From: Nitrospirota bacterium | GTDB lineage: Bacteria; Nitrospirota; UBA9217 | Length of the DNA: 64,000 nt | Assembly (NCBI GenBank): GCA_963740085.1 | Contig: CAVUCU010000007.1 | Location: 64,001 to 128,000, forward strand | Direction: 5' to 3' | Part shown: positions 29,332 to 40,279 of the stretch, one piece after another | How the letters are laid out: every line of letters starts with the position of its first letter | Position numbering within the stretch: position 1 is the first letter of the stretch | Position numbers and translations under genes: made by a program | Notes under the pieces: generated by a model | Database searches by the model: none | What the model was told of the DNA's origin: nothing | Seen by the model: the letters and a program-made list of their open reading frames with translations, nothing else

Positions 29332-29763
29332 TCAACCTGCCTGACCTTTTCCCACGATAAATTTGCCCGTAAAATATTTTTTCCTTATTTGTCCTGCCTC
29401 CTCTTCAATCCAGAGATCGAGCCCGACCTTCTTGATTCGGCAAAGATTGTATAATTTTATGTTGTGAGGGCGAAGGCCAGCAAGGTCTGCCATCGGAGCC
29501 AGGAAGGCACACGGGAAATCATTACAGTCGCAACACATCTCCACACCTTTAGCCTTGACACAGTCGAGTGTCGCGCACCCGTGCGGCAGATGAACATGTT
29601 TCCCATCCTGTGCTCGGCAACCTTTGCAAGCTATTTCTTCTGTCGGCCAGCCATATTTGCCATGCAACAGTTCTGCAACGTCACTCGACAAATTATCTTC
29701 GTAAATTTCGCAGTTGAAGCAGTCGATTCCGCAAGGTGCCGTCAAAACCTTTTTGTTTTTCAT
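29332..29763 (-). CDS. Cys-rich Fe-S/zinc-binding protein (DUF3795-like)
   Basis: APCGIDCFNC, CKGCR, CATLDC, CCDCNDFPC. Confidence 0.75.
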   Translation of the reverse strand: MKNKKVLTAPCGIDCFNCEIYEDNLSSDVAELLHGKYGWPTEEIACKGCRAQDGKHVHLPHGCATLDCVKAKGVEMCCDCNDFPCAFLAPMADLAGLRPHNIKLYNLCRIKKVGLDLWIEEEAGQIRKKYFTGKFIVGKGQAG

Positions 29764-29898
29764 AGATCCTCCTTATGACCAATGACCCGGCCCTCTTCGA
29801 CCTCTGAGAGAAACACAATCCTTTCAGTAAAAAAAGGGAGAGTATACACTCTCCCTTTCGGTTGTCTCTTAACCATATGCAGCTCCAAGAACGCTCCG

Positions 29899-30288
29899 CT
29901 ACTTCGCCTCTTCTTCCTTCAGGAACTTCTCGTACTCCGATTTGGTCATCAGATCGTTCAACTCCGTGGGATCGCTCATGTCAAGCACGACAAGCCATCC
30001 GTTGCCGTACGGATCTTCATTGATAATCTCAGGCGAGTCGGTAAGGTCCCCGTTCACTTCCACGACCGTGCCCGATACCGGGCTGACGACGGGCGAGGTC
30101 GCCTTCGTGGACTCGACCTCGGACAGTTCCGAGTCAGCATCGATCTCGGTATCAACCTCGGGCAGATCGATATACACGATATCGCCCATCTGCTGCTGAG
30201 CATAGTCAGTGATCCCGATAGTGGCACGCTTACCTTCTGCTCGCACCCAGGCGTGTTCCCTATGGTATTTGATATCATCAGGATTCAT
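29899..30288 (-). CDS. gcvH: Glycine cleavage system H protein (lipoyl carrier)
   Basis: GITDYAQ, VESTKAT lipoyl lysine, INEDPYGNGW. Confidence 0.93.
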   Translation of the reverse strand: MNPDDIKYHREHAWVRAEGKRATIGITDYAQQQMGDIVYIDLPEVDTEIDADSELSEVESTKATSPVVSPVSGTVVEVNGDLTDSPEIINEDPYGNGWLVVLDMSDPTELNDLMTKSEYEKFLKEEEAK

Positions 30289-30540
30289 ATGTGTACCTCC
30301 AGAAAATGGTCGCGTCGAAATTGAGCAGAATGACGAATGAGTCTGTTTTTAACCTAAGCGCGGAATTTTGTCAAGCAGAAAAAGGAAGTGTTGCCGATCT
30401 GCGTTTCTGTACAAATCGTCCACGAACTGCGTTCACCGGGGACATGCAATTCCCTTCACCCTCCCCTTCCCTTCCATCGAGGAGGGGCAAAACCTTTTCC
30501 CCTCTGCTTGAGAAAGCCGGGGTGAGCGGGCTTTTTAGGT

Positions 30541-30572
30541 AAAAAAAGGGAATGCGCTTAGCGCATCCCCTT
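30541..30572 (-). terminator. Intrinsic terminator after rnfB
   Basis: Minus strand: GGGGATGCGC-TAA-GCGCATTCCC-TTTTTTT. Confidence 0.7.
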
Positions 30573-30595
30573 CTCTCGCATTGGTTAAGGTGACG

Positions 30596-31760
30596 TTAAA
30601 CAGCGACCGGCTCCTTCACTTGTGCGGGTTTCTTCACCACACCCGCAGAGGGCGCTTCGACCATCGTAATGGCCTTCTTGGGGCACCGGGACTCGCACAT
30701 CCTGCAACCGATGCACTTCTCCTGATCGACCGTATGCACCGATCGGATGTCTCCGGAGATGGCACTGACCGGGCAGACCTTTTCACACACATCGATGCCC
30801 ACACACTTTGATGGATCGATATATGCCTTTGGCCGCGCCGGGATATAATCGCGGATCGCGTTCGTCGGACATTTCTTGACACAGAGGCCGCAGACGATGC
30901 ATTTGCTGTGGTCGATCCGCGCGAGATTATTGTCGATGCTGATGGCATTCACCGGGCAGGTCCTGACGCAGATGCCGCAGGCGATACAACCGACCTGGCA
31001 CTTTTTCTTGACGTCGATGCCCTTGTCCTTGCTGTGGCAGCTGATGACCACGGCCTTGGACTCTACCGCAAGTTCGATCACCTGCTTCGGACAGGCGGCA
31101 ACGCACTTGCCGCAGGCAGTGCATTTTTCCTTACTGATGATCGGCAGATTGTCGGCGCTCATCGTAATCGCGTCGAAGGGACAGGCGCGCATACACGTGG
31201 CGTATCCGAGGCATCCATACTCGCAGGACTTGTCGCCTCCTGCCGCAAGCACCGCGGCTGTGCAGTCCATTACGCCGGTGTAGATGAATTTTCGCTGGCT
31301 CAGGGATCTGCCACCCTGGCAGAAGACCCGTGCGATCTTCGGGTCCATCTTCTCCGCCTTTTTGCCCGTGATCTCCGCTATCTTCTCGGCTACTGGCGAT
31401 TTGCCGGGGGCGCACATGCTCACGGCAACATCGGGGTTCCCCACCACGGCCTCGGCATATCCCATGCATCCGGCGAAGCCGCAGGCGCCGCAGTTTGCTC
31501 CCGGCAGAACATCGCGCACCTTCTCTACTTTGGGATCGGTTTTCACGACGAACCGGGCCGCGATAATGGCCAGCGACACGCCAAAGACGATACCCAGCCC
31601 GGCGAGCACGATCAGTGTCGTATACACGGTTGAGAGGGGCACTGTTTCCGGCAGCCTCGGCTCCGGCACCGGCTTCGACGAGGAAGATCAGTTTATTGGC
31701 TGCCATTGACAGCGCGTGCGACAATACCTGGACCAGGATATGCACTGATTGTTCAATCAT
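30596..31760 (-). CDS. rnfB: Rnf complex subunit B with extra ferredoxin domains; apparent +1 insertion at 31636-31639
   Basis: LPGANCGACGFAGC plus several CxxCxxCxxxCP motifs; the RBS-preceded ATG at 31760 joins the main frame if one base of a 4-base run is removed. Confidence 0.88.
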
Positions 31761-31867
31761 GGTTTTATACCTTCACTATTATATTTACCACTCAGGACGC
31801 CAAGACGCTTAGAGCACTAAGAGAATCTAACTCTTCTTTCGCGACTTCATGGTTTTAATTTACATCT

Positions 31868-32452
31868 TTACAGCGTGATCATCCCCGAGAACCCCAGAAA
31901 TGCCAGGGCGATCAACCCGGTCAGAACGAATGAGATGGGCAAACCCTGAAATGACTTGGGCACATCGGCGAGTTCAAGCTTTTCCCTGATGCTCGCCATG
32001 ATAATGAGCGCCAGGCTGAAACCGAGACCCGATCCCAGACCGAGCGCCATGCTCTCGAAAAATCCGTAATTTTCATCCGCGTTGATGAGCGGCACTGCCA
32101 GGATGACACAGTTCGTGACGATCAACGCAAGGTAGATACCCAGTTTATAGTATAACGCGGGAGCTATCTTTTTCATCACCGTATCAGCGGCCTGCACGAA
32201 GGCGGCGACCGTTCCGATGAAAATGACGATCTTTAAAAACCCGAGATGATAGGGGATCATAACATAGGTATAAATAATCCAGTTCAGGGCAGCGGAAACG
32301 AGCATGACGGCTGTAAAGGTAAAGCTCATGCCGATGGCGGTTTCCATCTTCTTGGTCACACCGAAAAAGATGCAGAGGCCAAGGTAACGGGAGAAAACGA
32401 AGTTATTGATAAGCGCCGACGCTATGAATATTGTCAGGACATGCTGCAACAT
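31868..32452 (-). CDS. rnfA: Rnf complex subunit A
   Basis: NNFVFSRYLGLC, LGIYLALIVTNCVIL, IREKLELADVP. Confidence 0.93.
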   Translation of the reverse strand: MLQHVLTIFIASALINNFVFSRYLGLCIFFGVTKKMETAIGMSFTFTAVMLVSAALNWIIYTYVMIPYHLGFLKIVIFIGTVAAFVQAADTVMKKIAPALYYKLGIYLALIVTNCVILAVPLINADENYGFFESMALGLGSGLGFSLALIIMASIREKLELADVPKSFQGLPISFVLTGLIALAFLGFSGMITL

Positions 32453-32538
32453 GATAACCTCCGGTTATAGTCTATAAAGTTCATAGAGTCTCTTTTGAGT
32501 TCATAAAGTGAAGCCTCTATAATAGACTCAATGGACTC

Positions 32539-33186
32539 TTAATGATGTCCGCCGCCACCGCCACCGCTGCCTCCGAAGAACTTCCGGTCTATCCAGTTCA
32601 GCCAGCCCATCATGAGACCCATGGCGAAGAAACCGCCTGTCGGCATGATCATGATAAGAAGCGGTTTGATCGCCTTTCCATCGGAAACCAGTATCTGATT
32701 CCCCCAGAGAGACCCTTTTCCCAGAAATTCCCGGAAAATTCCGAGGAGCACGAGCGCAAGCAGAAAACCCAGTCCCATTCCGACCCCGTCAATAAAGGAT
32801 GGCAGGACCTTGTTCTTGCTCGCGAACATCTCCGCCCGGGAAAGAATTATGGCAAAGGCAACAATGAGCATGATATAGAGGCCCATTTGCTTGTAAACCG
32901 CCCTCTGGTAGGCCGCCATCAACTGATCGATCACAGTGACCCACGTGGCGGTGATGAACACATAGGAGGGAATCCGGACTTTCGGACTGATAAAGTTCCG
33001 CAGCAGGGAAACCGTTACGTTCGTCATGGTCATGACGAATAAAACCGCAACCCCCATCAAGAACCCGTTTTTTACACCACTCGTAACAGCCACGGCCGGG
33101 CAGAGAGAAAGTGCAAGCCTGAAGACCGGGTTTTCGCCGAAGATGCCGTTCTTGAATAGTGCCCAGTAACTAACGTTGTCGCTCAT
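32539..33186 (-). CDS. rnfE: Rnf complex subunit E
   Basis: ENPVFRLALSLCPAVAVT, VRIP, REFLGKG. Confidence 0.92.
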   Translation of the reverse strand: MSDNVSYWALFKNGIFGENPVFRLALSLCPAVAVTSGVKNGFLMGVAVLFVMTMTNVTVSLLRNFISPKVRIPSYVFITATWVTVIDQLMAAYQRAVYKQMGLYIMLIVAFAIILSRAEMFASKNKVLPSFIDGVGMGLGFLLALVLLGIFREFLGKGSLWGNQILVSDGKAIKPLLIMIMPTGGFFAMGLMMGWLNWIDRKFFGGSGGGGGGHH

Positions 33187-33770
33187 TTTGTCACCTCTTG
33201 CACCGCCGATTTGATGCCCACTCCGTATTTATCGATGAGCACCTGCGCTGCGTCCTTAACGCCTTTCGTCACTCCTCGGCTCGAATAGGTGGCGCCGGAC
33301 ACGGCCTGGATGTTTTCTTTTGTCTCCACCTTCACCAGTTTGATCTGTTCAAGGGACTTTCCCTTGAACTGGTCAAGAAAGCTCCTGTCCTCTACCTGAT
33401 CCCCGAGACCGGGGGTCTCTTCATGGCCGAGGATCTTGACATCTCTGATCTTAAAATCAGGACCGAGAGAGACGAGCAACTTGATGAAGCTTGAATATCC
33501 CTTGCCCGCGGAGCTCGCGATATACGCTACCGGTTTCCCGCTGGAGGTTGCCACAAAATATTCATAGGGTTTATTATCAGCGGACCAGTCTCCCGCGACT
33601 TTAATGGGGTCAGTTGCATCAGGCGCCATCTCTTTCAGGGCCTCTTCCTTCTCCTTCTTTTCTGCCTGGAACCGCACGGGATAGGCAAATTTGTAAGTAA
33701 GCCCCATGATCAATCCCGCAACGACGAAGATCGCGACCAGGCTCAGGGTTATTTTCAGCAAATCTTTCAT
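33183..33770 (-). CDS. rnfG: Rnf complex subunit G
   Basis: N-terminal TM helix; HEETPGLG; SGAT FMN-attachment motif. Confidence 0.92.
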   Translation of the reverse strand: MKDLLKITLSLVAIFVVAGLIMGLTYKFAYPVRFQAEKKEKEEALKEMAPDATDPIKVAGDWSADNKPYEYFVATSSGKPVAYIASSAGKGYSSFIKLLVSLGPDFKIRDVKILGHEETPGLGDQVEDRSFLDQFKGKSLEQIKLVKVETKENIQAVSGATYSSRGVTKGVKDAAQVLIDKYGVGIKSAVQEVTK

Positions 33771-34822
33771 TTCTTTACCCCCTTGGCCTCTGCCTTGCCG
33801 AAGACGCTGCTCCTCATACCCCGGTCAAGGAGCGGTGCAAAGCAGTTCATAAGCAGGATCGCGAACATTACTCCTTCAGGATACCCGCCCTTGAGGCGGA
33901 TGAGCACCGTAAGAACGCCGCACAATGCGCCGAATACGATCTGTGCGCTGCGGACCGAGGGGCCGGTCACATAATCAGTGGCCATGAAGAACGCGCCGAG
34001 GACAAGTCCGCCGGACATCATATGGAAAAGGGCGTCGCCAGTCATAAGCCCTTCCTTACCGCCGAAGACCCAGGCAAGCATGCCAACCGTCGCAATGAAC
34101 GTGATCGGAATATGCCACGTGATATACCGCTTCATCATGAGGAACGCGGCGCCGAGCAGCAGCGCGATCACCGACGTTTCGCCGAGAGACCCTGCCCGGT
34201 TGCCAAGGAAAAGGTCCTGATACAAGGCAGCCTTGGTATGATAGATCTCAAGCAGCCTCGACATCCCCTCCTCTTTCAGGAGAACGAGCGGCGTTGCAGT
34301 GGTCTTGGCATCAACAGCCATGAAGGTGGTTGTCGGCGCAACGTATGTGGTCATGATCTTCGCGAAGCTGACCAGGACAAAAGCACGTCCGATGAGCGCT
34401 GGGTTGAAGATATTGAAGCCGAGACCTCCGAAAAGATGCTTGGCGATCATGATGGCCACGAAAGACCCGATGAATGGTATATAGAGTGGTGCATTAGCGG
34501 GGAGGTTCATGGCCAGGAGCAATCCTGTCAGGAACGCACTCCCATCGGAGAGTGTAACAGGCTTCTTAAGTAGCCTCTGCATCCCCGCCTCGGTCAGGAG
34601 TGAAGTCACGATGCAGACGAGAATAACCTGGATGGCAGGCATTCCAAAATAGTAGACCGACATGAGCGTGGCCGGAAGAAGTGCTCCGCTCACGGTCCAC
34701 ATGATCTTCGCCGTGGTCTCTTCATCGTGCACATGGGGCCCGATTGAGACGATCAATTTATGTTGTTCCCTGGGTTGTTGTTTGGGTTGTTCTTTGGGTT
34801 GTTCCTTCGCGGATGCTTCCAT
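33767..34822 (-). CDS. rnfD: Rnf complex subunit D
   Basis: FGGLGFNIFNPA, DAKTTATPL, GSLGETS, FFMATDYVT, GYPEGV. Confidence 0.94.
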   Translation of the reverse strand: MEASAKEQPKEQPKQQPREQHKLIVSIGPHVHDEETTAKIMWTVSGALLPATLMSVYYFGMPAIQVILVCIVTSLLTEAGMQRLLKKPVTLSDGSAFLTGLLLAMNLPANAPLYIPFIGSFVAIMIAKHLFGGLGFNIFNPALIGRAFVLVSFAKIMTTYVAPTTTFMAVDAKTTATPLVLLKEEGMSRLLEIYHTKAALYQDLFLGNRAGSLGETSVIALLLGAAFLMMKRYITWHIPITFIATVGMLAWVFGGKEGLMTGDALFHMMSGGLVLGAFFMATDYVTGPSVRSAQIVFGALCGVLTVLIRLKGGYPEGVMFAILLMNCFAPLLDRGMRSSVFGKAEAKGVKK

Positions 34823-34892
34823 TATTATCTATACCTCATTCGGCCAGGATATTTGTATTGATTACTCCAAACTCCGAGCAGTGGACTCCGAA

Positions 34893-36227
34893 CTAATTCT
34901 TTTTCTTCGCCAGTTCCTTTTTCGCCTTCTTCACCCACTGGACTATGGGCCGGTTGGCCGGGCAGACGAATGTGCAGGAACCGCACTCAAAGCAGTCCAT
35001 CAGGTTATAGTCCTTTGCGTCCAGATAATGCCCCTTCTCAATATAGAGCCCAAGAAGAGACGGCTGAAGCTTCATGGGGCAGGCATCAATACACCGTCCG
35101 CAGCGAATGCAGGGTCCGTAGGATTTTACGCCTACTTCGGCTTTCGGGAGGACCGTAATGCCGGAGGTACCTTTGATCACGGGCACATCAAGCGTGTACT
35201 GGCTCATCCCCATCATGGGGCCGCCTGAGATCACCTTAGCCGCCTCGTCAGTAAGGCCGCCCGCCTCTTCTATAAGCTGGGAGAACTGCGTACCGATCCT
35301 GACAAGCAGGTTCTTCGGGTCTTTCACGCCCCTGCCGGTCACGGTAACGTATCGCTCGATGAGCGGCCTGCCGTAGCGCACCGCATTGTAAATCGCGTCG
35401 GCAGTGCCCACGTTCTGCACCACCACGCCCACATCCATGGGCAGGCTGCCTGCAGGGACCGTCCTGCCCGCGATCGCTTTAATGAGCATTTTCTCAGCTC
35501 CCTGCGGGTACTTTACCTTGACGGGCCAAACCTTTATTTCCGGTGAACCTGCAGCAGCCCTGGTCATGGTTTCAATCGCATCCGGCTTGTTTGCCTCGAT
35601 ACCGACATATCCCCTGCTGACATTCAGGATCCGCATGAGGATCTTGAGACCCTCAATGATCTCCTTTGGTCTTTCGAGCATGAGCCGGTGGTCGGAGGTC
35701 AGAAAGGGCTCGCACTCGGCGCCATTCAGGATCACCACGTCGATCGGTTTCTCTTTGGGAGGAGAAAGCTTCACGTGTGTAGGGAAGGTAGCCCCGCCCA
35801 TTCCAACGATACCGGCATCCAATACAAGTTTCTTGAGCTCGTCAGGGCTTAATACGTTGAAGTCAGGCGTTTCCTTGAGGCCGGCTATCCACTCATCCTT
35901 GCCGTCACTCTCGATAATGATAGACGGCATGTCCGAACCGAGGATGTGCGGGAAATTGCCGATGGCCGTTACCTTGCCGGAGATCGAGGCATGGACGGGT
36001 GCCGAGACAAAACCGGTGGTTTCGCCGATCTTTTCTCCTTTTTTTACTTCCTGTCCAATGACGACGAGGGGCTTGGTGGGAGCGCCAATATGCTGGCTCA
36101 GGGGAATTATCACGCGTTTGGGAATTGCGGCGGCAATGGTCGGTTTGTGTGATGTGAGATGCTTGTTATCAGCAGGATGCACGCCTCCGCTGAATGTATC
36201 GTGCGCATTTACTTTCGTAGCTTCCAT
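34893..36227 (-). CDS. rnfC: Rnf complex subunit C
   Basis: GGVHP, PLSQHIGAP, GIVGMGGATFPTHVK, NGAECEP, two 4Fe-4S motifs. Confidence 0.95.
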   Translation of the reverse strand: MEATKVNAHDTFSGGVHPADNKHLTSHKPTIAAAIPKRVIIPLSQHIGAPTKPLVVIGQEVKKGEKIGETTGFVSAPVHASISGKVTAIGNFPHILGSDMPSIIIESDGKDEWIAGLKETPDFNVLSPDELKKLVLDAGIVGMGGATFPTHVKLSPPKEKPIDVVILNGAECEPFLTSDHRLMLERPKEIIEGLKILMRILNVSRGYVGIEANKPDAIETMTRAAAGSPEIKVWPVKVKYPQGAEKMLIKAIAGRTVPAGSLPMDVGVVVQNVGTADAIYNAVRYGRPLIERYVTVTGRGVKDPKNLLVRIGTQFSQLIEEAGGLTDEAAKVISGGPMMGMSQYTLDVPVIKGTSGITVLPKAEVGVKSYGPCIRCGRCIDACPMKLQPSLLGLYIEKGHYLDAKDYNLMDCFECGSCTFVCPANRPIVQWVKKAKKELAKKKN

Positions 36228-36862
36228 TCTGTCTCACCTGCCATCTGTTATAACATTGAGATTACCGCATGCGAAATTACTGATTGAGAACTTCTACGAA
36301 AAGCCGTGGAGTTTATAACAGAATGGGGTCCAAGTGTCAAGCGATTTTTGTCAACGGCCAGATACAAAACAATAGCGTTTCATTTCGTAACATCAATGGC
36401 GTTTATCACATACGCACGGTCATCTTTTAAGTTGGCGACGAACCCAACAAACGAATAAGCATTTGGAAGAGACAAGATCGTGTGAAGGGAATAGAAAAAA
36501 TAGCGCGCCGATGTTGTACCAGGCTCCCGCCCCACGACGATGATCGGGAACACCTTCGTGACTTGAAGAGGGGTGATATTCGATGCCGAAACTGGTTTCC
36601 CGATATTCAAAGCGAATTTGAGGAGGCCGTGTAACAGATGTCCTGGGGTACCTCGTTTATCAGATGTTGCCCGAACGAACCCGCAACCCTTCAACAAGCA
36701 CAGGCCGAACGACACCATGATCATCATTAGTATTTCAATATTTTTATGTTCATGACTGAGTGCCTCGGCAGACCGTCCCGAACCGGCCAAGAGATCTCGG
36801 GACAGGCTTGTCGAACCACGGAATTGACTTGAGCAATGGCGGTCACTTTGTCAACACATCAC

Positions 36863-37090
36863 TTATGCTACCTGAACGACTTCCTTTATCTCGGGGAACT
36901 GCTCCTTCAAGTGTTTCTCCACGCCCATTTTGAGGGTCATTGTGGACATCGGACAGGACCCGCAGGCACCTTTGAGCCGAACCTTTACCGTACCATTCTC
37001 TTCAACACTGACAAGTTCAATGTCACCACCGTCACGCTGGAGTGCCGGTCTGACCTGCTTGAGGGCTTCCTCAACTTTTTCTTTGTTCAT
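36863..37090 (-). CDS. NifU/NfuA-like Fe-S scaffold domain protein
   Basis: [24 protein letters not shown]. Confidence 0.92.
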   Translation of the reverse strand: MNKEKVEEALKQVRPALQRDGGDIELVSVEENGTVKVRLKGACGSCPMSTMTLKMGVEKHLKEQFPEIKEVVQVA

Positions 37091-37478
37091 GATTTGTTCT
37101 CCTTTAATTAATCCTCTGATTAATCCTCATTTTCTTCACCCATATGTTATAGTATACACCATCTGACCCCTTATTTTAATAGAATTTCTGTAAATACGCT
37201 GATCTCCATACGAAATCATCAAAAAATAGTATTGCAGAGCGGTGATGATCATCGTCGTATAATAATATAGACATAATTACGCATCTATGGTATCATTTTT
37301 CACATAAAAAAGAATGATACGCGGCGACTCGACCACAAGACCATGCCGGATTCGTAAATAATGAATGTGCAGTTCTTTTTAGTTAGTTATAATTACTTCC
37401 AAAAAATAATAGGTACTCGGCTTATTGTTGTTTTCCCTATGATACCAGCAGTTCGTTAATCATTGGATATGTAAGGAT

Positions 37479-37811
37479 ATGAAAACAAACATAACAGAAA
37501 AAGCATTATACGAGATGCAGGCTGAGATCTGCAAAACCCTTACCAACCCCAAGAGAATCGAGATCCTGAACACTCTTAAATCCGAAGAGAAGACGGTCAC
37601 TGAACTGGTGGCTGCCCTTGGTGCATCAAAGGCGAATGTCTCCCAGCATCTCGCAGTGATGCGGCGCTCGGGAATTCTGGGCTCACGACGGGAAGGAGTC
37701 AATATATACTATCGGGTGTCAAACCCAAAGGTCATTGATGCATGCGCGTTAATGAAAGAAGTGCTGTTTGAGCAACAGTCGGTCAGGAAAAAAGCAATGA
37801 CGGGGGTATAA
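37479..37811 (+). CDS. ArsR/SmtB-family transcriptional regulator
   Basis: CKTLTNPKRIEIL, SKANVSQHLAVMR, RREGVNIYY. Confidence 0.92.
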   Translation: MKTNITEKALYEMQAEICKTLTNPKRIEILNTLKSEEKTVTELVAALGASKANVSQHLAVMRRSGILGSRREGVNIYYRVSNPKVIDACALMKEVLFEQQSVRKKAMTGV

Positions 37812-38045
37812 CGTACTGACATCCTTGTCATAAGCTTTGTATATCCTGTCGTGAACAAAAGATTCAATCTGAGCCAAGACACAAGTGACCGACAACGCAG
37901 CGGTCAAAGCAATTTTCGTCAGAGATAGTTCCTCTGCAACGCAAATTCTTCCCCTTTTTTCCTCATTCTTCCCCGTGGACGCAATATCGGCATACCAGCA
38001 GGGTTCCTGAGCGGTGGCCCCGTTTGGTGAATTGCTGAATTGAAC

Positions 38046-38084
38046 GTAAAAACCCCGAAGATGGGGGCCCTTCGGGGTTTTTAC
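38046..38084. terminator. Bidirectional intrinsic terminator
   Basis: GTAAAAACCCCGAAG...CTTCGGGGTTTTTAC. Confidence 0.8.
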
Positions 38085-38123
38085 TCACACGGGACTGTCC
38101 GCGAGTTAAACAACGCATGGTTG

Positions 38124-38330
38124 TTAGGAAGCTTTCAGTACATTTGATGCCTGGGGACCCTTATCCCCCAGAATAATTTCGAACTCAACAGGCTGTCCCT
38201 CGGAGAGCGTCTTGTATCCTTCACCCTGGATTGCCGAGTAGTGCACGAACACATCTCGTCCGCCTCCATCCAGTTCGATAAAGCCGTATCCTTTCGACTC
38301 ATTGAACCACTTCACTTTTCCTGTCGACAT
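38124..38330 (-). CDS. Cold-shock protein
   Basis: [27 protein letters not shown]. Confidence 0.95.
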   Translation of the reverse strand: MSTGKVKWFNESKGYGFIELDGGGRDVFVHYSAIQGEGYKTLSEGQPVEFEIILGDKGPQASNVLKAS

Positions 38331-38518
38331 ATTGCCTGCTCCCTCCTTAGCTTGTTTCCGTTGTTGAAAATCCGAGAATCTTGAATACGAGCCAACGAAA
38401 CACGTTTTAAATACAAAGGGAAAAGCTTTAACCGACCCCCCACGCTCTTCCCCCCGGCCAACCAAGGATATGTATAAGGCATGAATAACAACAAGCAAGG
38501 TGTTCGCGATGCAACTTT

Positions 38519-39475
38519 TTAATTCATGTATCTCATCGGGTTCACCGGCAGTCCATTCAAACGCACTTCGTAATGGAGGTGAGGGCCCGTGCTCGAACCG
38601 GAATCGCCCAGGTAGGAGATCACATCGCCGCGCTTGACCCGTTGTCCTGCTTTGACGTTCAACCGTGAATTGTGGGCAAAAATCGTTTTAATGCCGTATC
38701 CGTGGCTGATCTCAACCATATTACCATAGCCAGTATTGAAACCCGCCATGATCACCACGCCATCTGCCGGCGCCACGACCGGCGTCCCGGTCTGGGCCGC
38801 GATATCGATGCCTTCATGGAACTTCAGGATGCCGCTGAACGGCGAGGTCCGGTTCCCGAAGGGCGAGGTGACCCAGCCGCGGACCGGCCATACCGAGGGT
38901 GTTGATGCATACAGGGAACGTTTGTCCTCAAAATACTCAATCAGCAACTGAAGACTGGCCTCTTGCCGTGACGCAGCGCCCTTCAACTGGCTCAACTCCT
39001 GGTGCATCTCTTTCAGGGCTTCTTCCTGTTTTTTCTCACCCAGGGTGGTAAGGTTCTGAAGACCGAGTTCATCAGGTCCTCCGATGCCGAGTACCTGTTG
39101 AGCCTTGTCCCGGGGGCCGAGGCTCACGACACGCCGCAACTTGGTATCAAGGTCGCGCAGCAGGAACATTTGACGTTTATAATCCAGCAGGTTAAGCGCA
39201 AAACTCTGCACCTGCGCCTTTTGCTGCATCAGTTCTTCGCGCACCGACTGCAATTCCCAGACCTTGTCTTTTACATCGTTATATTCGTAGACCAGATAGA
39301 GGGAAAGGACGAGCACAGCCACAAACGAAAGGAAAACAGACTTAAGAGCGGATTTTGAAATACTCAGTGTTCTAACCCGAGAGTTGGGACCGGGCAGGAA
39401 CATAAGGGTGAAATACTCTTTTTTCCTAATCTTTCTTGGATTCTTCGATCTCATCAAACCCCCGATAGTGTGCAT
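38519..39475 (-). CDS. M23 family peptidase with TM anchor and coiled coil
   Basis: [22 protein letters not shown]. Confidence 0.9.
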   Translation of the reverse strand: MHTIGGLMRSKNPRKIRKKEYFTLMFLPGPNSRVRTLSISKSALKSVFLSFVAVLVLSLYLVYEYNDVKDKVWELQSVREELMQQKAQVQSFALNLLDYKRQMFLLRDLDTKLRRVVSLGPRDKAQQVLGIGGPDELGLQNLTTLGEKKQEEALKEMHQELSQLKGAASRQEASLQLLIEYFEDKRSLYASTPSVWPVRGWVTSPFGNRTSPFSGILKFHEGIDIAAQTGTPVVAPADGVVIMAGFNTGYGNMVEISHGYGIKTIFAHNSRLNVKAGQRVKRGDVISYLGDSGSSTGPHLHYEVRLNGLPVNPMRYMN

Positions 39476-39595
39476 AACTGCTTGTCAAAGTCTACACAAA
39501 GTGATAGTAATTGTCAAGCATTTATTCGTCTGGTTTTTTTTAAAAAATATTATAATAACAATGTGTTAAGTGCTATTTGTGACGTGGACCACATA

Positions 39596-40279
39596 TTAAA
39601 TATCTGAGATTTTCACACGCTTGCGACACTGCCGGTGAATCGGACAACCGCTGCAGAGGGGCCTCACTTTTTTGCAATGCTCTTTTCCGATTCGTACAAT
39701 AAGTGCATGATATTCATTGTAAAAACTGGCGTTATGGGTCAGGTTGTCCATGAAAAGTCCCTGCATCGCCTGGTAATCTGCATTACCCGTAATCAACCCC
39801 TGCCTGCTGAAGATGCGCTTGGTATAAGCGTCAACCACAAAGAACGGCTTTCCTCCGGCATACAGCAGGATCGAGTCGGCCGTTTCGGGACCAATGCCGT
39901 TTATTTCGAGCAACTGTTGACGCAACCATACCGGATCCGTTGCGAACATTCTTGTAAGATTATTGGAATACCGGGTGTGGATAAACATTAGCAGGTGCCG
40001 AAGACGCTTTGCCTTGATATTGAAATAACCACTTGGCCGTATGAGCAAAGCCAGTTTTCCCGGATCTACGTTGATCAGGCGATTGAAAGTCAGGACCCGT
40101 TCCCGCTTGAGGTTGGCAATGGCTTTTTCCACATTCGCCCATGAGGTGTTCTGCGTCAGTACCGCGCCCACCATCACCTCAAAGGGGGTATCGCCGGGCC
40201 ACCAATGCTGGGGACCGTAAGCCTGAAAAAGCAAACGGTAAATGTACGTTAATTGTTTTCTAATCTCTTTATCAAACAT
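39596..40279 (-). CDS. Endonuclease III-related HhH-GPD protein
   Basis: YGPQHWWP, LTQNTSW, GIGPETAD, CKKVRPLCSGCPIHRQC; start approximate. Confidence 0.88.
   Translation of the reverse strand: MFDKEIRKQLTYIYRLLFQAYGPQHWWPGDTPFEVMVGAVLTQNTSWANVEKAIANLKRERVLTFNRLINVDPGKLALLIRPSGYFNIKAKRLRHLLMFIHTRYSNNLTRMFATDPVWLRQQLLEINGIGPETADSILLYAGGKPFFVVDAYTKRIFSRQGLITGNADYQAMQGLFMDNLTHNASFYNEYHALIVRIGKEHCKKVRPLCSGCPIHRQCRKRVKISDI

Noticed and set aside
28726-31760. Programmed frameshifting in lpdA or rnfB
   Set aside because: No slippery heptamer or stimulatory structure; single-base run extensions fit sequencing error better.
36380-36790. Minus-strand 136-aa ORF, or a + strand pseudogene fragment upstream of rnfC
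   Set aside because: No recognisable motif or RBS; partly built from a palindromic repeat.
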